From: Macrostomum lignano
Lineage: Eukaryota
Assembly (NCBI GenBank): GCA_002269645.1
Contig: NIVC01003687.1
Coordinates: forward strand, 18,781-82,780
Direction: 5' to 3'
Length of the DNA stretch: 64,000 bases
The first letter of the stretch is position 1. The number at the start of each line of letters is the position of its first letter. Both the position numbers and the translations under genes were made by a program. This document shows, one piece after another, positions 1-11,599 of the stretch. Under the pieces are notes generated by a model. It worked only from the letters and a program-made list of their open reading frames with translations. It ran no database searches and was not told where the DNA came from.

Positions 1-3000
1 TCGCTGAAGCCACTCCTTATCTTGAGCTCAGCGTAGGCGGCCTGCAAATCCTGCAGCTTTTTCTGAAAGAAGCAGATTAGTGACAGATTAGTGACAGATT
101 AGTGACAGATTAGTGACAGATTAGTGACAGATTAGTGACAGATTAGTGACAGATTAGTGACAGATTAGTGACATATTCAGATTAGTGACATATTCAGATT
201 AGTGACAGATTCAGATTAGTGACAGATTCAGATTAGTGACAGATTCAGATTAGTGACAGATTAGTGACAGATTAGTGACCGATTAGTTACAGCTGAGTCC
301 ACAACTCGATTATGCGGCAGGAAAATCGATCAGCAGCTTACGGTGAGGTGCGACTTCATGGCGTCAAATCGAACGCCGAGCTCGCGGACTTTGGCCTCGT
401 GTTGGCGCTGCAGATCTGCGGGCGAGAGGCGAGAGGGAGGGGTAGATAGAGAGGGAGATTTGGACTGAGAGGATCAGGGAGACAGAGAGGAAGATGAGAA
501 ACAGAGAAGGCAGAGAGGGAGAGAAAAAGGGAGACAGAGAAGTAGGCAGAGAGGGAGACACAGAGGTTGAAAGAGGGAGAGAGGGAGACAGAGAGACAGA
601 GAGGGAGACAGAGGGAGACAGAGAGGGAGACAGAGGGAGAGAGGGAGACAGAGAGACAGAGAGGGAGACAGAGGGAGAGAGGGAGACAAAGGGAGAGAGG
701 GAGACAGAGGGAGAGAGGGAGAAAGGGAGACAGAGGGAGAGAGGGAGACAGAGAGGGAGACAGAGAGGGAGACAGAGAGAGGCAGAGAGGGAGACAGAGG
801 GAGGCAGAGAGGGAGACAGAGGGAGGCAGAGAGGGAGACAGAGGGAGAGAGGGAGACAGAGGGAGAGAGGGAGAAAGGGAGACAGAGGGAGAGAGGGAGA
901 CAGAGGGAGAGAGGGAGACAGAGGGAGAGAGGGAAAAAGGGAGACAGAGGGAGAGAGGGAGACAGAGGGAGAGAGGGAGACAGAGGGAGAGAGGGAGAAA
1001 GGGAGACAGAGGGAGAGAGGGAGACAGAGAGGGAGACAGAGAGGGAGACAGAGGGAGAGAGGGAGACAGAGGGAGGCAGAGAGGGAGACAGAGGGAGGCA
1101 GAGAGGGAGACAGAGGGAGACAGAAGGAGACAGAGAGGGAGACAGAGGGAGAGAGGGAGACAGAGGGAGGCAGAGAGGGAGAGAGAGGGAGACAGAGGGA
1201 GACAGAGAGGGAGACAGAGGGAGACAGAGAGGAGAGGGAGACAGAGGGAGGCAGAGAGGGAGAGAGAGGGAGACAGAGAGGGAGAGAGAGGGAGACAGAG
1301 GGAGACAGAGAGGAGAGGGAGACAGAGGGAGGCAGAGAGGGAGAGAGAGGGAGACAGAGGGAGACAGAGAGGGAGACAGAGGGAGACAGAGAGGAGAGGG
1401 AGACAGAGGGAGACAGAGAGGGAGACAGAGGGAGACAGAGAGGAGAGGGAGACAGAGGGAGGCAGAGAGGGAGAGAGAGGGAGACAGAGGGAGACAGAGA
1501 GGGAGACAGAGGGAGACAGAGAGGAGAGGGAGACAGAGGGAGACAGAGAGGGAGACAGAGGGAGACAGAGAGGAGAGGGAGACAGAGGGAGGCAGAGAGG
1601 GAGAGAGAGGGAGACAGAGAGGGAGACAGAGAGGGAGACAGAGAGGGAGACAGAGAGGGAGATAGAGAGGGAGACAGAGAGGGAGACAGAGAGGGAGACA
1701 GAGAGGGAGACAGAGAGGGAGACAGAAAGGGAGATAGAGAGGGAGACAGAGAGGGAGAGAGAGGGAGACAGAGGGAGACAGAGAGGAGAGGGAGACAGAG
1801 GGAGACAGAGAGGGAGACAGAGAGGGAGACAGAAAGGGAGATAGAGAGGGAGACAGAGAGGAGAGGGAGACAGAGGGAGGCAGAGAGGGAGAGAGAGGGA
1901 GACAGAGGGAGACAGAGAGGGAGACAGAGGGAGACAGAGAGGAGAGGGAGACAGAGGGAGGCAGAGAGGGAGAGAGAGGGAGACAGAGAGGGAGACAGAG
2001 AGGGAGACAGAGAGGGAGACAGAGAGGGAGATAGAGAGGGAGACAGAGAGGGAGACAGAGAGGGAGACAGAGAGGGAGACAGAAAGGGAGATAGAGAGGG
2101 AGACAGAGAGGGAGACAGAGAGGGAGATAGAGAGGGAGACAGAGGGAGACAGAGAGGGAGACAGAGGGAGACAGAGAGGGAGACAGAGAGGGAGACAGAG
2201 AGGGAGACAGAGAGGGAGATAGAGAGGGAGACAGAGAGGGAGACAGAGAGGGAGACAGAGAGGGAGACAGAAAGGGAGATAGAGAGGGAGACAGAGAGGG
2301 AGACAGAGAGGGAGATAGAGAGGGAGACAGAGGGAGACAGAGAGGGAGACAGAGGGAGACAGAGAGGGAGACAGAGGGAGGCAGAGAGGGAGATAGAGGG
2401 AGACAGAGAGGGAGACAGAGAGGGAGACAGAGAGGGAGATAGAGAGGGAGATAGAGAGGGAGACAGAGGGAGACAGAGAGGGAGACAGAGGGAGACAGAG
2501 AGGGAGACAGAGAGGGAGACAGAGAGGGAGATAGAGAGGGAGACAAAGGGAGACAGAGAGGGAGACAGAGAGGGAGACAGAGAGGGAGATAGAGAGGGAG
2601 ACAGAGGGAGACAGAGAGGGAGACAGAGGGAGACAGAGAGGGAGACAGAGGGAGGCAGAGAGGGAGATAGAGGGAGACAGAGAGGGAGACAGAGGGAGAC
2701 AGAGAGGGAGACAGAGGGAGACAGAGAGGGAGACAGAGAGGGAGACAGAGAGGGAGACAGAGAGGGAGATAGAGAGGGAGACAGAGAGGGAGACAGAGAG
2801 GGAGATAGAGAGGGAGACAGAGGGAGACAGAGAGGGAGACAGAGGGAGACAGAGAGGGAGACAGAGGGAGACAGAGAGGGAGACAGAGGGAGGCAGAGAG
2901 GGAGATAGAGGGAGACAGAGAGGGAGACAGAGGGAGACAGAGAGGGAGACAGAGGGAGACAGAGAGGGAGACAGAGAGGGAGACAGAGAGGGAGATAGAG

Positions 3001-6000
3001 AGGGAGACAGAGAGGGAGACAGAGAGGGAGACAGAAAGGGAGATAGAGAGGGAGACAGAGAGGGAGACAGAGAGGGAGATAGAGAGGGAGACAGAGGGAG
3101 ACAGAGAGGGAGACAGAGGGAGACAGAGAGGGAGACAGAGGGAGACAGAGAGGGAGACAGGTGTGAGTGAGAAGTCCAGTTAGCCACAGCAAGCCAGATT
3201 TTGGATTCAATGTGCGCAAGCTAGGGGGGGGGGTGGCAAAGTAGTATCCCAGAGGCAGATGTCAGTCAGTGCGGACACCTTGCTCCAGCTCTGCCAGCTG
3301 CCGCTGCGCAGCCGCCAGTTCTTCATCGTGCCGTTGTCGCTCCTCGTCGAGCTCGTCCTGCCGGGACTCCGCAACCGCCGACAGCTGCAAGCGGGGCGGC
3401 AGTGGGGGGTCAGGCCGGGGGTCAGTCATTAAGCGCAGTGCCGGAGGGGGGCTACCAGCAGGTGATGGCTAATGAGTTTAATCTCACACTGTCAAACAGT
3501 TAGCGGCAAACGGTTCGGTTAGAAAACTGGCTCATTAATTATGATAATTAGTTAACCTTCCATGGCCAGGCGGTGCTGCAGTTTGCACTGTTCAAGCCGC
3601 TTGTCCGTGACTTTCTCCGAGGCCGTCTGGTGCGCGTCGTCCACGCTGGACCGGTGCCTCAGCTGGCGGCGGGTGGCGGCCAGTGCGATGGGGCCTCTGA
3701 GCCGCTGTCTGTTCCCCATCTGCCCTTCGCTTGCCTTCCTGACCGATTCTGACTTTCTTGTCTCCCGCTCTCCCTCCCTCTCTGTCTCCCTCCCCATCTC
3801 CCCCTCTTTCCCCTCTGTCTCCCTCTCTGTCTCCCTCTGTGTCTCCCTCCCGATCTCCCCCTCTGTCCCCTCTGTCTCCCTCTCTGTCTCCCTCTCTGTT
3901 TCCCTCACTGTCTCCCTTTCTGTCTACCTCTCTGTCTCCCTCTCTGTCTCCCTCTCTATCTCCCTCTCTGTCTCCCTCTCTGTCTCCCTCTCTATCTCCC
4001 TTTCTGTCTCCCTCTCTGTCTCCCTCTCTGTCTCCCTCTCTGTCTCCCTCTCTATCTCCCTCTCTGTCTCCCTCTCTGTCTCCCTCTCTGTCTCCCTCTC
4101 TGTCTCCCTCTCTATCTCCCTCTCTGTCTCCCTCTCTATCTCCCTCTCTGTCTCCCTCTCTATCTCCCTCTCTGTCTCCCTCTCTGTCTCCCTCTCTGTC
4201 TCCCTCTCTGTCTCCCTCTCTGTCTCCCTCTCTGTCTCCCTCTCTGTCTCCCTCTCTGTCTCCCTCTCTGTCTCCCTCTCTGTCTCCCTCTCTGTCTCCC
4301 TCTCTGTCTCCCTCTCTGTCTCCCTCTCTGTCTACCTGTCTCCCTCTACTCAGCGCTGACAGCCCCAGCTCACCTGGGCCTGGTGCGTGCTCTCCACAGC
4401 CTCCATCTGTTTGCGGTGCTGCTCCGCCAGCCGACTCAGCGCCTCGTCCCTCTCCTTCTCGATCATCAGGCGAGTGTTGCGGACCTCCCGGATCTGCGCC
4501 TCCCTGGCAGCGGCCAGCTCAGCCCGCTGGCAGCGGTCCCGCTCCGCCAGGTGTTCGGCGAAGCGACTCCGCGCCTCCGCCTCGCTTGCCTCGGCCGCCT
4601 CGGCCCGCCGCCGCTGCCGCTCCGCCTCCCGGCGCAGCCGAGGAGCCGAAAAGCCGTCCAGCTCGGCCGCCCGGCCGCACACCACCGCCAGGGCGTCGAA
4701 GGCCAGAAGGAGACGGCGCTGCTCTGCCATGGCGGCGTCCAGACTGACCTCCTTGTCCGCCAGCAGCACCTGCGGCGGAGTCCAGGGGATACAGCGTTTG
4801 AATTGCAGCCTTTTATGTAGAGCCTTGCCCATCTTCATCGGAATCCCCAGGTTCCACATCAGAATTGTCAGGTTCCACATTGGAATCCTCAGGTTCCCCA
4901 TCAGAATCCTCAGGTTCCACATCGGAATCCTCAGGTTCCACATCGGAATCCTCAGGTTCCACATCGGAATCCTCAGGTTCCACATCGGAATCCTCAGGTT
5001 CCACATCGGAATCCTCAGGTTCCACATCGGAATCCTCAGGTTCCACATCGGAATCCTCAGGTTCCACATCGGAATCCTCAGGTTCCACATCGGAATCCTC
5101 AGGTTCCACATCGGAATCCTCAGGTTCCACATCGGAATCCTCAGGTTCCACATCGGAATCCTCAGGTTCCACATCGGAATCCTCAGGTTCCACATCGGAA
5201 TCCTCAGGTTCCTCATCGGAATCCTTAAGTTCCCCATTGGAATCTTCAGGCCCCCATCGTAACTCCAGCCCCACCCCATCCCCAGTCCCACCGCGCCACC
5301 GTCACCTGCAGGTCGCAGGCGGTCTGCTGCACGGAGTCCAGCTGAGCCCTGGCCGATGCGAGCTCCACGATGGTGGGCCGCCGGTGCTGCAGGACGCCTC
5401 CGTGATGCTGCTGAGTCAGGTGATGCTGGGAGCCGCCGGCCGGGGAGCTGCAGCCAGACGAGGCCTTCGAACTGTTGGCGATCGAGCCGCGGCGTCCGGC
5501 ACTGACGGCCGAAGGAGGCGGCCGCGCCCGACCAGGGGCTGACGGTGCGGCCTGAGAGGGGTTGGCGGGGCTCTGTGAGGATGCCAGGTGGGATTTGAGT
5601 GTCTGCAAGGTAGGTGTGCAGAGGTGTGCAGAGGTGTGCAGAGTTGTGCAGAGTTGTGCAGAGGTGTGCAGAGGTGTGCAGAGGTGTGCAGAGGTGTGCA
5701 GAGGTGTGCAGAGGTGTGCAGAGTTGTGCAGAGGTGTGCAGAGGTGTGCAGAGGTGTGCAGAAGCGTGCAGAGGTGTGCAGAGGTGTGCAGAGGTGTGCA
5801 GAGGTGTGCAGTAGAGGTGTGCAGAGGTGTGCAGCAGAGGTGTGCAGAGGTGTGCAGAGGTGTGCAGAGTTGTGCAGCAGAGGTGTGCGGAGGTGTGCAG
5901 AGGTGTGCAGAGTTGTGCAGAGGTGTGCAGCAGAGGTGTGCAGAGGTGTGCAGAGTTGTACAGCAGAGGTGTGCGGAGGTGTGCAGAGGTGTGCAGAGGT

Positions 6001-8832
6001 GTGCAGAGGTGTGCAGCAGAGGTGTGCAGAGGTGTGCAGAGTTGTACAGCAGAGGTGTGCAGAGTTGTGCAGCAGAGGTGTGCAGAGGTGTGCAGAGGTG
6101 TGCAGAGGTGTGCAGAGGTGTGCAGCAGAGGTGTGCAGAGGTGTACAGGGGAGATTTTAAAAGGTTTGTATAAAATATTTTGACAGAATCAGTTGAAATT
6201 ACCAATAGGATTTGATGATTAGCAAATAAGAAAATGTCGCCGAATCTATAAAAACATTTTTACGTTCACGAAATCACGGAACTAGCTACTGATAGCCACT
6301 ACCACTAGTAGTATGCAGCGTGCTTGAATATTAATAAAAAAAAATATTTGAGCAAACAGTGAGGACAATGGGAACATAGAAGCTCTCTACCTGGATCGAA
6401 GGATAGGTCCCGTTAGTCTAAAACAGCACCGCCAGAGCTCATAATAAGGTAAGGCAAAAGTTTCACACTGAAAAAATATTCACGCAGAATTTAACAACTC
6501 TGACAAACCTTCGACAACTTTTTAGCGACCCCGGCGGCGCCGCTGCGGCTCGAGGAAGCCACTGACGAAGTTGAGGAGACCGCCGTGACGGGGGAGCCGG
6601 TTGCCTTGGCAACCAGACGCGACTGCTGCGGAACCCCTGACGGCCGAACTGCAGCGGGCATGGGGAATTTTTTGGAGTTTAACAACGGTCTTCAAATAGA
6701 TTTTTTCGAATTTTCAATTGGGAAAAAAAGTGGACCTAGCGGGGCTCGAACCCGCGACCTTTGGATTTTAAATCCAACTTTCTAACCAACTGAGACTACA
6801 GGCCCGCTGACAAATCGAAACTTTTTGTTGCATTTAATTTGACCACTTCATCATAAACTTTTTACTTGGGAATTCCAATCACCAATATAGCTTCAATACG
6901 CCAAACTCCTACTGACAGTAGGAAATGCGCACATTTGCTGTATTACGCCCTGCCAGTTAGATCTATTTTTAGACTGACAGGCTCCGCCTATGCACCGGCT
7001 TGCTTTTACGCCGATAAAGTTTCGCAGAGTGCAATGAACAACCATAGCCAGCTAACTTAAAAAAGTTCATTCTTCTAAAAAATACTCTTGAAATGCTCAG
7101 TAAGAAACAAGCGCGATTTCATGGATACACTGGGTTGTTTATCCCACTCTTTTTAATCCCCATTTTCCTTGTTATCCAGTCGAAAGTCGCTCACCGCCAG
7201 GTCTGGCCAGCGATGACGAGGCACAGGCAGCTGCCGTCGGGACCGCCCGCTTGACTGCCTGGCTGCCGACCGCCTGAGGCAGCGACTTCAGCTTTGTCGG
7301 CGCTGTTGCAGTTGACGGAGTCGGCAGGGCCGACTGTCGCCTTGACGACGCGGTCGTTGAACTCTTAGTCGCAGCGGCAGACGCGGCGGTGCTGGCGGCG
7401 CTGGCAGCTTCGGAGGCCGGCACGCTGGCGCGCCGATTTGAATTCGAACTTGAAGCATTCGAAGTCGGCGTCTTCAAATTCGGTGGCTTTGAAGCTGCCG
7501 CTGTTGCTGCTTGCCTAGCAACCGCTGCCGGTCTGGCCCCGCCGACAGACGAGGGAGGCGGAAGGCCGCTGGACCGCCTTGCTGCCGGCGACGGTGACGA
7601 AGTGACAGTCGGGGACGCCACAGCTGCCGCCGACGTTTTGGTCGATTTTGGCGTCACCGGCGTCACCGTCTGCGGCTTTCGCAGTCCCGTAGGGGTTTTT
7701 AGCGAGGTTGCTGGCGCTGGCGCAGGTGCTGGCGCTGGCGCGGGCGCTGGCGCGGGCGCTGGCGCGGGCGCTGGCGCGGGCGCTGGCGCGGGCGCTGACG
7801 CGGGTGCTGGCGCAGGTGCTGGGGTGGATTCAAAGCTGTCAGCTGTGGTGCGAGTGGTCCTGTCATCCGATTCTGTAGGGCAGTAGCCTGAAGATTGAGA
7901 ATGGTAAAATATGAGAAAATAGCGCCTTAAAAATCTGCAGGGTGTTCTGCAGGATGTCTGCATGTGTCTCAGGGTGTCTCAGGGTGTCTCAGAGTCTGCA
8001 GGGTGTCTGCACGGTGTCTGCAGGTTGTCTCAGAGTCTGCTGAGTGTCTGCAGGGTGTCTGCAGGGTGTCTCAGAGTTTGCAGGGTGTCTTAAAGTCTGC
8101 AGGGTGTCTGCAGGGTGTCTTAGAGTGTGCAGGGTGTCTTAAAGTCTGCATGGTGTTTGTGTCTGCAGAGTGTCTCAGTATCTGCAGTATGTCTCAGAGT
8201 CTGCAGGGTGTCTACAGGGTGGTCTGTGGGGTGTCTCAAAGCCTGCAGGCCCCCAGCGCACCCGTATCGGCGCTGTCGGCGGCTCCCTCCATTTCGGCCA
8301 CCGCGGCAGCCACCGCGGCCGCCTCAGCGACAATGATGTCGTGAAAGTCGGCGTCGCTGGGCGGCTCCGGCGGCTCGAGGCTGAAGGTGTTGCGCCGCTG
8401 CCGTTGGCGAGGCGTGGTCGCTGCAGCGTCGCCGTCCTCGTCGCTGCAGTTGGCGTCAGCAGCGGTGGCGTCGGCGGCCGCGGGCTGCGGCGGATTCTCC
8501 GCGGGTACCGCCTTCTGCGCCGAGACTGTCGGCAGCTTTGACGAAGCCGACGAAGGCGCCAGGACTCGAACTCCGGACGGTGCCGACGGCAGGGTGAGGC
8601 GCGACTTCTTGCCGGGGTAGCCGACGGACAGCTCTGTCCCGGAGTTTGGCGAGCAGCTGGACTCTGACTGGCCGCTGCGACCGGCGGCGGGGTCGGGCGG
8701 GCTGGCCGGCACGAACACCTTGTTGGGGTGCTGCATGCGCAAGGGGGACACCAACCCGCTGCCGCTGCCGTTGCTGCTGCCGGAGACGGTGGAGACGCTG
8801 CCTGGCTGAGGCAGTCGAGAAGTGCGACAGTC
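1..8832 (-). CDS. Multi-exon gene with Ser/Pro/Ala-rich N-terminal part and long C-terminal coiled coil. 3' end lies beyond the left edge; 5' start uncertain. Weak resemblance to MTUS/ATIP-type coiled-coil proteins, not established.
   Basis: Exons with GT-AG boundaries and compatible phases: 8832-8262, 7887-7195, 6648-6509, 5551-5306, 4769-4374, 3704-3557 and/or 3384-3279, 415-342, 62-<1. Peptides include [57 protein letters not shown] and [16 protein letters not shown]. Third codon positions are GC-rich. Confidence 0.8.
75..290. repeat. 11-bp minisatellite (GATTAGTGACA)n with 17-bp variants
   Basis: Direct tandem copies; starts ~12 nt from the acceptor at 63. Confidence 0.95.
495..3160. repeat. 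GA-rich 10/12-bp minisatellite (AGAGAGGGAGAC / AGAGGGAGAC)n
   Basis: Fills most of intron 416-3278; source of the 690-950 aa spurious ORFs. Confidence 0.97.
3762..4345. repeat. CT-rich 12-bp minisatellite (GTCTCCCTCTCT)n, the reverse complement of the 495-3160 array
   Basis: The unit and its ATCTCCCTCTCT variant are exact reverse complements of units in 495-3160. Confidence 0.97.
4838..5250. repeat. 21-bp minisatellite (ATCGGAATCCTCAGGTTCCAC)n
   Basis: About 19 copies in intron 4770-5305. Confidence 0.95.
5603..6146. repeat. 10-bp minisatellite (GAGGTGTGCA)n
   Basis: Intronic tandem array with 13-bp variants. Confidence 0.95.
6731..6805 (-). tRNA. tRNA or tRNA-like gene, anticodon UAA (Leu by anticodon), short variable loop, atypical D-arm; intronic
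   Basis: Minus strand reads GGGCCTG TA GTCTCAGTTGGTTAGAAAG TTGGA TTTAAAA TCCAA AGGTC GCGGG TTCGAGC CCCGC TAGGTCC A. It has a 7-bp acceptor stem (two G-U pairs), a 5-bp anticodon stem with 7-nt loop, a 5-bp T stem with TTCGA, and a T7 Pol III terminator directly downstream (6722-6729). Confidence 0.75.
7925..8240. repeat. Degenerate (GGGTGTCTGCA)-like array
   Basis: Fills intron 7888-8261. Confidence 0.8.
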
Positions 8833-8858
8833 CTGAAGTTCGTTTGCGGTTAGCGACT

Positions 8859-8928
8859 TAGACAGATAGACAGGCAGACTGACAGACAGATAGACAGGCA
8901 GACTGACAGACAGACAGACAGACAGACT

Positions 8929-9016
<88 letters not shown>

Positions 9017-9036
9017 GGCAGACAGACAGACAGACA
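8859..9036. repeat. (AGAC)n microsatellite
   Basis: Direct inspection. Confidence 0.95.
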
Positions 9037-11599
9037 CAGGTCATAAAGCCATAGCAACTGTAAATGTGTAAAACCGGCAAGAGCTACAGCTACGAGTACA
9101 AGCAGTTTTATTGCGCCAAGCGAGCTAAAAATAGAAGCCTGAGGCTAAGCGCAAATGAACTGAGGCGTGAGGCGGGACGAGCTCAGTTCGCACGCCGACA
9201 GTCAGAGCAGGGCAGAGAACAATGGAACCACCTGACCCTTAGCCATGCTCTCGGCTACTCAATACACAGTCTGGAAATGTTTATGAAGCGCCATACAGCC
9301 AGCCGAGACAGCAGAGACCCCTTGAATTACATTGAGAGCAGTAAGCCGGGGCTTAGAGACTGGCATGCTCCAACAAGCTCACAACAGCCCAGTCTGACAA
9401 AGCCACCCACCCCGAGTCTTAACAGACGTTGCATTAAGCGAATAATTAAACGGACATTCTGGTTTGCAGCTCCAACAAGACTCAAGAACTCCGAGGCTCT
9501 TGGCCTCGGCCATCCACACTGGACCCACCACTAATCTAATTTAATACATTGTGGCAGCCTAGGCTGCCCTTTATTTTCAAGAATAGATTGCTAATGTCGA
9601 TTGCATTAAAACTCAAAGCAGGGAATACAAAGAGTCATAGAAATTCAAATACTTCTGATTAGAGCATTAAAATAGTAAAAAAATCGGCATGAATGCATAC
9701 AAATGTGAAGGGAAATGACTTGAAAAGTACACAAAAACTTTATAAAAATTAATTAACAAACTAATGCTAGTCTCTAATGAATTCTTTTGTCATACAAAAA
9801 TTTAATTCTGATTCAAAATTTTTATTTGAATTCTAAAAATATTTTTTAAATTGAGATTTAGCTGTGAAAAAATGCATTTTCTAAGGTTACCATATGAATT
9901 TAAGCAATAAAATAATCAATAAAAGAATAGGCCTATTAGATGCACCTGTACAAAAATAATTTTTGCTATGTTACAATTGATAATTTTGTTGATACCTTTC
10001 TTTTCAATTCCTAATTTTGAAAAACAAGTTGATAAAATTAAATATTTCATTAGGCATACTGTGCTCCTATTCTAATAAATAGATAGCTATAAAACCTAGT
10101 ACTACTTTATATTCGAGTTAAGTTTGCTCTAGTATCGACTAGTGGCGCTTAAATATCAGTCAAAGAAAAAACAAAACATATGATTATGAATAATGAATTA
10201 GTATTTATGTTTTAAAGAGAATACACATAGACCATGAATATGCGAATTCCTAATAATACACACTTTTAAAGAAACCACATGTATATGAGATGGATTCTGT
10301 TAAAATATAATATAAATTGAATGAAAGTAGATATTCGAAGTTAAGGAAGTCATCTAACTTCTGCTTTCATGATTATGAAGAGAGTCGCGAGTCGCGACCA
10401 AAGAGTCTTAATGTAAAAGTAAATAACATTTATTAATTATTGAATAACTTTCTCGCAGAATTTCTTTCGCTGAGTTTACGATTTAATGCCGAAAAATCAT
10501 ATAAAAGAGTGTTTCAGTTTCAGATTATGCTGACGCTCTGACAATGAGGTATTTGATATATGATTATTGTATTCACAATACACTAAATCTCTAAGACATG
10601 TTTTGTCCAGTATTTTAGTCTTAGTACTATGTAATAGATTTATTATTTTTAGGTACAGTCAAGGTATCAAGATCAAATTATCGAAGGGAAGCCATACAGT
10701 GTCTTAAAAAAGCCTTTGTAATTTATTATGGCGCACTAAAGCGTATATGAAAGCATTTTTGGGGTAATATGATTAAAGATGCGTGCAAGAACTGTTATTA
10801 CTGCGCTCTACTTTGTTATAACGGAGTTTCGTAATAATATGCAAATTGGTGAGCTCCGAGTAAAGCGCTTTGATCATACTCGTACCGACTAATAAAGGCA
10901 GACAGCAGTCTAATGCAAGTTTTTCCATTTAATTTGAGACTCTTTTGTTGGTTTGGGAAATGGAACTATAAGTTGAGTTGTTAGAGATTTTATTGCATAC
11001 ACATGCACTTATTTTCGTTCGTGCAATTATGTTTACGTACATGTATGTATAATTGTTACATGAAGGCCAAAAAACGCGTAGGTTCTCATTCTTATAGTAT
11101 CAGACATATTACACGAGTATATTTTTTGTGTGTACCTAACTGATTCGACGAGATGATAAATTCAACTAGGTGTATTTCAATGTCTTGTTTTTGACGCCAG
11201 TGAAATACGATTGCAAGTCGTGCGACACAAAAAACTAAGGCAAAACTCTACTTTTATGAAATTATTCAACTCTGAAGTTTATTATGTAACAATTTGAAAC
11301 TGTTAGCGGCTTCTGTGCTTATGTATTTTTGAGTTTTCAGTTACAATCAATAACATCATAGAGGCAAAACAGCATGAAACCTTCAAGCAGGAAAACTGTC
11401 AAAGTAAAAATCGATACGAAGAGTTCCTACAAAAAACAAAGCTTTCCTGTCGAAAGTCCGCTGACCAGAGAGTTAAAGCTAAGCAGATGGCAAGCTCTAG
11501 CGAGCAAAACTGTTGCGCTCACGCAGAAATCGGGATTGTTACTCGATTGCGATCAATCCTTGCATCTCTACTACAAGTAGGCTGAAAGCACCGGCTGCA

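Noticed and set aside
356-3219. 690-951 aa ORFs (SLSPS / RERG repeats)
   Set aside because: Translations of a stop-poor GA/CT minisatellite in several frames on both strands, inside a GT-AG intron.
9064-9534. 156-aa plus-strand ORF
   Set aside because: No recognisable motif or splice context; it lies in the probable 5'/promoter region of the coiled-coil gene.
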